Source: Verrucomicrobiia bacterium (GTDB lineage Bacteria > Verrucomicrobiota > Verrucomicrobiia > Limisphaerales > Palsa-1400). From it: 27,895 nucleotides of DNA. Positions within the stretch are counted from its first letter, which is position 1, and each line of letters opens with the position of its first letter. The DNA lies in contig DASXZW010000024.1 in NCBI GenBank assembly GCA_036501665.1, forward strand, positions 1 through 27,895. Reading direction: 5' to 3'. The notes under the pieces were generated by a model. The model was not told the DNA's origin. It searched no databases and was given only the letters and a program-made list of their open reading frames with translations. The translations under genes were made by a program, and so were the position numbers. Below are positions 22,747-27,895 of this stretch, one piece after another.

Positions 22747-24032
22747 CCATTCCACTTATTACATCATACACTGAGTTTCAGCAGCGCCTCGGCTACTGCA
22801 AGCTCCTCCTGGCCGTTTCCAAGCGAGCCGCCTCACAGCCCGAACAGGTGCTCAGACAACTCGATCACATATTTTTCAAGCCTACCGCCGACGGACACGA
22901 CACTTACCTCGGTCAAATCCTTGGGAAGCAGGTCCAAGTCAAAACAGCCCACTCCCACCTCCGTCTCCACAATTCCCTAGCCGAAACGGATAGCACGACG
23001 AGCCTTCGCAGCTTCGGGAACGAAGCAAAAGAGATACTAACGCTCTGCAGGGCGCTCGGATTGGTTGATGACCGCGTTGTTATCCTCGAAAACGCTATGC
23101 CTCTCATTCGTCTCATCCCCGAGGCTTCCTGGGATCTTGTTCGCCAAGGCTTACGGCCTGACGAGTACAACCCCTTGATCCTCGATCATGGCACCAGCAA
23201 TGTGAGCGAAAAAACCTACTTCCTTATTCGTCTATTAAGCGAGGACATTGCGTTTACATTGCTTCCTCTGGCTCTTCGCTCCAAAACTCGGACTGCTTTC
23301 CATCGCTACATTGATTGGGATGGGCTAAAAACCGACGATTTTCCCTCTAACAATATGTTAACGGTGGTCTATGAAGACCTAATATGCAGCGCCAAACCAA
23401 GACTCTTCGGTGAGGTCCGCAATGCCAAGAATTTAGACAACTATTTCCTTGGTGATCCTCGCAAACGGCGTACTCATCCCGGCATGCGGCAGTACGCGCG
23501 CTTCAGACATCAGGCTACACCGCGACTTGCGTTTCTGAAGGAACTGGGTATAATTGCGTCCCAACCTTTGCCGCCACCGGATTCTCATCTCTCGAAGCAA
23601 TACTCATATCTTCTTACGCCAACAACAGAAGCATACGTCGAATACATTCGGAAGACGTTACTGGCGGACGGGCTGGATAGCGAGGAGTTTGTGCGGAATC
23701 ACGCCTTTAAAATTGCAAGTATAATATACCATAGGGTCACTCGGCGACCCGTAGATCAGGAGGAAGTATTCCGTTACTTTTTGCGCGCGTATGTGCGACT
23801 AAAGCGCGACATGGGGAATACCCCCTCCGGTAGCATTTGTATGTTAGGATGCCTTCTCGCACAGGACGATGGCCTTTTAATAGAAATAAAGGAAATGCAC
23901 CAAGTCGGGCGGGACTACGCCCGTAAGTACTCTGAGTTTCTCCGCTATTCGGGTGGCAGCATTCAACTTGGAGATTATCTTATATCAGTTGATCATAGAT
24001 TGCTGCAAAACCTTGGTATCCAGAACCCATAA
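22743..24032 (+). CDS. Hypothetical protein (429 aa)
   Basis: Long ORF with ATGA overlap onto the HerA-like gene. No motif recognised. Confidence 0.65.
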   Translation: MTIPLITSYTEFQQRLGYCKLLLAVSKRAASQPEQVLRQLDHIFFKPTADGHDTYLGQILGKQVQVKTAHSHLRLHNSLAETDSTTSLRSFGNEAKEILTLCRALGLVDDRVVILENAMPLIRLIPEASWDLVRQGLRPDEYNPLILDHGTSNVSEKTYFLIRLLSEDIAFTLLPLALRSKTRTAFHRYIDWDGLKTDDFPSNNMLTVVYEDLICSAKPRLFGEVRNAKNLDNYFLGDPRKRRTHPGMRQYARFRHQATPRLAFLKELGIIASQPLPPPDSHLSKQYSYLLTPTTEAYVEYIRKTLLADGLDSEEFVRNHAFKIASIIYHRVTRRPVDQEEVFRYFLRAYVRLKRDMGNTPSGSICMLGCLLAQDDGLLIEIKEMHQVGRDYARKYSEFLRYSGGSIQLGDYLISVDHRLLQNLGIQNP

Positions 24033-24045
24033 TCGAAGAACAATT

Positions 24046-24903
24046 ATGCCATCAAACAAGCCAAAGCCAAACGATATCGCCGAAAGCCCCCTCGGTCCGC
24101 TTGCCTTGAAAGTTTTTGACCGCTCAAAAGTTTGGTCGCTTTTAGCAAAGCAGGTGGAGGACTGCTTTGTTTTCGCCAACGCCACTCCGAACGCCCAACT
24201 CGATCCATTTAAGGTCGCACTACTCCTGCCGCAACTCCAATTACACTTCAGAACTACTAATGACCCTCCCGACGCAGATCTGTCCGCACTACAGGCATGG
24301 ACAAATCAAGAGTGCCGACGTGCAATTGCTGAGTTCGAGGTTGCTTTGCAAAAATTGTGCGCGGCAGAAAAACTCCAAGTAGAAGGCCGGTTCCCTCACT
24401 TCATTCTTGCAGGATTCCTCGAAATTATAGTTCAAGATAAACAACCCGTTTGTAAAATCGGTGGGTCCAGCTTAAATACAGTGAACCTTTCAATCGTTGC
24501 GCCTGTAATCCTTCAAAGGATCAGGGAGGACACCGCCCGCAAGTTCGACCCCAAGTTATTTCTTGATCAACTATACAAAGCTTATCAACGAACCGCTCTC
24601 AATGGGCGAATTCCGGGAGGCGAGCCCGTGCTTGCGAAGTTGATTCTTCCAGAGATCGCCTTTATTAAACAATCGCTCGCTTTCTTGAAGTCGCCGTCCA
24701 AGGCTGCCTTCGTCGATTACACCTTGGAACACTTCGCTCGTGATTTGGCCCTCATTCTGAAAGACGGCAACGTTTGCACCTCTAACGGCAAGCGTTTACA
24801 CCCAACACCAGTGTCCAATTCGTCTGACGGCATTCCAGTTATGATCGACGGCGCTTATCGATACATAGGACGTCTCACCTTCTTGGAGGAAACCCAGCGA
24901 TGA
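24046..24903 (+). CDS. Hypothetical protein (285 aa)
   Basis: The start MPSNKPKP at 24046 lies 13 nt after the previous stop. The 23953 start would overlap by 80 nt. No motif recognised. Confidence 0.6.
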   Translation: MPSNKPKPNDIAESPLGPLALKVFDRSKVWSLLAKQVEDCFVFANATPNAQLDPFKVALLLPQLQLHFRTTNDPPDADLSALQAWTNQECRRAIAEFEVALQKLCAAEKLQVEGRFPHFILAGFLEIIVQDKQPVCKIGGSSLNTVNLSIVAPVILQRIREDTARKFDPKLFLDQLYKAYQRTALNGRIPGGEPVLAKLILPEIAFIKQSLAFLKSPSKAAFVDYTLEHFARDLALILKDGNVCTSNGKRLHPTPVSNSSDGIPVMIDGAYRYIGRLTFLEETQR

Positions 24904-26207
24904 GCACACTGGATCAACCGTTAGCCAAACGGCTCATTTCGCGCCTGAAGGCAGGTACGGCGCCCATTGACTGTGTGGACCAATTGAATGTTGGAAATGA
25001 AGCTTGGTACAGTGCTGCTGTTCAATACTTTGAGGACTTAGCTCAGGATGGCGACGCCCTCGTCCGCTTCGTGCGCGGCCACTATGGTGATGGCAAAACA
25101 CACTTTTTAGGGATGCTCGGTGCTCTCGCATTCAAAAACGGTTGGAGCGTCAGCTACGTTACCGCCGAGAGAACCAAACTTCACAAATTCGAGGTCGTCT
25201 ATTCCGAAATTATAAAGGCCATAAATCTTCCGCCAGGTGTTTCAATTGTCCCCTGGCTTACTGAAATCAGACCGAGGGGGGCGATGTCCCTGTTGGGAGC
25301 CTTTTTCTCCAAGATATACATCGACGTGCATGGTGCTGCCAATGAACATGGCATCAATCGAATGTCGGTACTTCACGAGGTTAAACAACGTGTGGCCAAG
25401 TTTAGTGCGGCGAACGGATTCCACGACTTAGTGAGCACAGCGCTCATGATTTTCACGAAAGCAGCACTGGCACAAGAGGCTCAAGGAATGTCTGACATGG
25501 TTTCATGGTTTCAGGGTGATGATGTTAAATTTAGAGATAAAGGAATAAATAGGCGGATCGACCAACGTCTTGCAAGAGATGTGCTTCGCTGTCTCACGCA
25601 AGTATCCCAGCACGTAGGGATTCGTGGCACCTTGGTCCTTCTTGACGAGGCGGAACTTATATTGGCACAAACGAAGTCTGTACGCACTAAATCCTATTCG
25701 GTGCTTCGTGACCTCCTCGATAATGCCGATCCGCAAGCAGGAATGCGCGCATCCATTATATATATTGCTGCGACACCAGAAATGTTCACGGCTAAAGAAG
25801 GCTTTGCTGAGTACGAAGCGCTGCGCTCGCGCCTAATGCCGGCATTATCCTTTACATCCAAGAGATTCATCGACTATCGCGACGTGGTAGTTGATCTCAC
25901 GCGAACCCCGCTTCCTGCGGACCTCCTGTTCCAGCTTGCAAAGAAAGTACGTGGAATCCATTCTGTTGCCAGACAGTGGGACGCTTCGGCTCACATTTCG
26001 GACGATCTGCTACAGATCATTGTCACGCGGATAGACAACGGGTCGTTTCCCGTCTCGAAGCCGCGCATGGTTACTTCCGTGATTACGCAGCTTCTGGAGT
26101 CCGCTGAGCAGAACAGGACCGAGGACCCCACTTTGGCAATTGAAGCGACGGTGTCGGATGCGGCACAAACACTCTCCATGCGGCCCGATTCCGAGAAATG
26201 GGATTGA
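24900..26207 (+). CDS. P-loop NTPase, BrxD/DUF2791-like (paralog 2)
   Basis: LISRLKAGTAPIDCVDQLNVGNE...VRFVRGHYGDGKTHFLGML is a DUF2791/BrxD-style N-terminus plus Walker A. Walker B: LVLLDEAEL. ATGA overlap with the upstream gene. Confidence 0.72.
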   Translation: MSTLDQPLAKRLISRLKAGTAPIDCVDQLNVGNEAWYSAAVQYFEDLAQDGDALVRFVRGHYGDGKTHFLGMLGALAFKNGWSVSYVTAERTKLHKFEVVYSEIIKAINLPPGVSIVPWLTEIRPRGAMSLLGAFFSKIYIDVHGAANEHGINRMSVLHEVKQRVAKFSAANGFHDLVSTALMIFTKAALAQEAQGMSDMVSWFQGDDVKFRDKGINRRIDQRLARDVLRCLTQVSQHVGIRGTLVLLDEAELILAQTKSVRTKSYSVLRDLLDNADPQAGMRASIIYIAATPEMFTAKEGFAEYEALRSRLMPALSFTSKRFIDYRDVVVDLTRTPLPADLLFQLAKKVRGIHSVARQWDASAHISDDLLQIIVTRIDNGSFPVSKPRMVTSVITQLLESAEQNRTEDPTLAIEATVSDAAQTLSMRPDSEKWD

Positions 26208-27895
26208 ATCAGCGGGAATTTCAGATGAACCTAACGAAATCAAGTGCTCGCTGCGCAATTCGGCACTTGAAGCGTGGCGTGTTCCCGCCAGATGAGATTG
26301 AGCATTTCACGGCGGGCCGCGACTCCGAGTGCAAAGCTCTCAACATCGCCCTTAAAGAAGCAGAACAGGGGGGAAACCGCCATTTCTTTATCGAAGCGAG
26401 CTATGGCGTGGGCAAATCACACATGCTCAAGCTCGTTGAGTCACTTGCACTACGAAATGGCTTCGCGGTGTGCTGGGTAACTACTGACGGTTACGCGCAC
26501 GCTTTCAACCATCCTACCCGCTATTTGCACACCCTTCTCGAGAACATGAGAGTTCCAGGTTTGCACAGAAACGGGTTCGCTCAAGCGTGTTCGCATTGGC
26601 TCAAGAACCGCGAACGCGACAACCTACTTACTCGCGTTAAGAGTCAGCCTAACAATGCGCTTCACTGGCCTATTATCCGCATGAGTATGGAAAACGGTGA
26701 CGAGGGCGACTATAAGGATTACTATCTGGGTAACCTAGAGTGCCGCGATCTACAGCATAGAAACGGTCAAGCGTTTTTTGATTGTGTGTATGACCGCATC
26801 GCGTCAATGAACTCGGTGTGTCGTTCTGTAAGTTTAAAAGGAACTGTGTTTCTATTCGACGAAGTTGAATCCGTGGCTACTCTTTTGGTTAATATTCGTT
26901 CTCGTCTTCTTTCTTACGAGTTAATGAATGCATTCACCGATGCTCGCCGATTTCCAAATTCTGTATTTGTATTCGCCACCACCCTCGATTTCAGTGTTAA
27001 GATTCATTACGAGCTGAATGCTTACGAACTCCAAAACTATGCGTATCCAGAAGGCAATCGTTTCGCAAAAAAGTGGATTTCAAAAGGCATAAATCTTCTC
27101 AAGTTAGAAGGAATCAGCCAAGGAAATAATCGAGTACTGTTGCGTAATATTCGGACCGCCCACGAGACCGCCTACGAATGGGTGGCAACCGAAAAGATCA
27201 GCGACCATTTCATCGATCGGTTCCTCAAAAAGGCCAATGATCTTCCTCAGCGTGAGATTACGAGGAGCTTCGTCACTATTCTGGAAATCTCACATCAACA
27301 TCCCACCTGCTGCCCGGCAACCGAATTCCTTGGCGAGGCGTCGCCCACGCCGCAAATTGTGGAGGGCAATGACTCTAGGGTGGTTCGGGAGACCTTTGGT
27401 TCACAGGACGTACCACCATCGCCATGCACTCCGCAAGCGGAGTCGACTTCGGCATCACGTTCTTCTAAAGCAGAGCCGCCAAAAAACCAGTCAACTCCTG
27501 ATTCGTCAACTGTTACGCATGAAACGCCGTTGCCAGATCAAAACCTTAGTTCCTTTCCGCAGCTTGGTTCTTCCACGGCACCATTGACTACTCCAAACAC
27601 TGGCCTATTGCCGTGCGTTCATTGCTTTGCATCAGTAAGGTCTGACCGTATGGGAAGGCATATTGCTCGGTTTCACGCAGGTTTGCAGCCGCCAACCAAT
27701 GTTGCGCCAATGGAAGCCACCGTGGACCAGCCGGGCAAATCAACATCAAATAGCGCGGAAGGCACTTTCACCAGCACCTCAATCTGTTTGGTGCCGTGTA
27801 ATTATTGCTTTTGCATGGTCAGATCTGACAGATTGCAACGACACATACAACGTGTGCATTCAGGGCAACATCGTCCTCCAAGTCCCAATGACTAG
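26198..27895 (+). CDS. P-loop NTPase, BrxD/DUF2791-like (paralog 3), with an S/T/P-rich linker and two C-terminal C2H2-like zinc fingers
   Basis: Walker A: FFIEASYGVGKSHMLKL. Walker B: VFLFDEVES. C-terminal CVHCFASVRSDRMGRHIARFH and CNYCFCMVRSDRLQRHIQRVH. The stop TAG is the last 3 nt of the window. The start could be 26198 or 26225. Confidence 0.72.
   Translation: MGLNQREFQMNLTKSSARCAIRHLKRGVFPPDEIEHFTAGRDSECKALNIALKEAEQGGNRHFFIEASYGVGKSHMLKLVESLALRNGFAVCWVTTDGYAHAFNHPTRYLHTLLENMRVPGLHRNGFAQACSHWLKNRERDNLLTRVKSQPNNALHWPIIRMSMENGDEGDYKDYYLGNLECRDLQHRNGQAFFDCVYDRIASMNSVCRSVSLKGTVFLFDEVESVATLLVNIRSRLLSYELMNAFTDARRFPNSVFVFATTLDFSVKIHYELNAYELQNYAYPEGNRFAKKWISKGINLLKLEGISQGNNRVLLRNIRTAHETAYEWVATEKISDHFIDRFLKKANDLPQREITRSFVTILEISHQHPTCCPATEFLGEASPTPQIVEGNDSRVVRETFGSQDVPPSPCTPQAESTSASRSSKAEPPKNQSTPDSSTVTHETPLPDQNLSSFPQLGSSTAPLTTPNTGLLPCVHCFASVRSDRMGRHIARFHAGLQPPTNVAPMEATVDQPGKSTSNSAEGTFTSTSICLVPCNYCFCMVRSDRLQRHIQRVHSGQHRPPSPND

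Noticed and set aside
1-27895. Search for tRNA or rRNA genes, an integrase or att sites that would define the element's ends
   Set aside because: I saw no T-loop or anticodon-stem pattern, no rRNA-like sequence and no tyrosine- or serine-recombinase motif in any frame. The boundaries probably lie outside the window.

Overview
This 27.9-kb window reads as the cargo-bearing part of a conjugative or mobilizable element. All calls come from reading the ORF translations and the DNA by eye. No database search was run, and literature statements are from memory.

Layout:
- Left part (about 0.2-10.6 kb): a cluster of phased GACGATT repeats, an HNH nuclease, small HTH proteins, a MobF/TrwC-type relaxase-helicase, a divergent intergenic region with perfect palindromes (oriT candidate), a ParA-like ATPase, a VirD4/TraD-type coupling protein and an AlbA_2/HATPase_c_4-type regulator. 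No integrase or mating-pore gene is in view.
- Middle part (10.8-17.6 kb): a translationally coupled queF-queC-queE-queD-folE2 operon (GTP -> preQ0 -> preQ1). It is followed by a ParB-like protein and a TGT-family DpdA-like transglycosylase carrying an extra C-terminal ArcS/DUF5591-type domain. This is a Dpd-like 7-deazaguanine DNA-modification arm.
- Right part (17.7-27.9 kb): same strand, after a strong intrinsic terminator. It holds a Zn-ribbon protein, a PspF-like sigma-54-type AAA+ protein (GAFTDA loop), a single-HKD PLD nuclease preceded by a sigma-54-like -24/-12 motif, and a tightly coupled six-gene operon. That operon encodes three paralogous YGxGK(T/S)H P-loop ATPases (BrxD/DUF2791-like), a HerA/FtsK-like ATPase and two unknowns. 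The last ATPase ends in an S/T/P-rich linker plus two C2H2-like zinc fingers.

Main proposal: this is an undescribed deazaguanine-based defence island in which the usual helicase-rich DpdD-K restriction arm is replaced by an ATPase/PLD arm.

No rRNA, tRNA or CRISPR array was seen.
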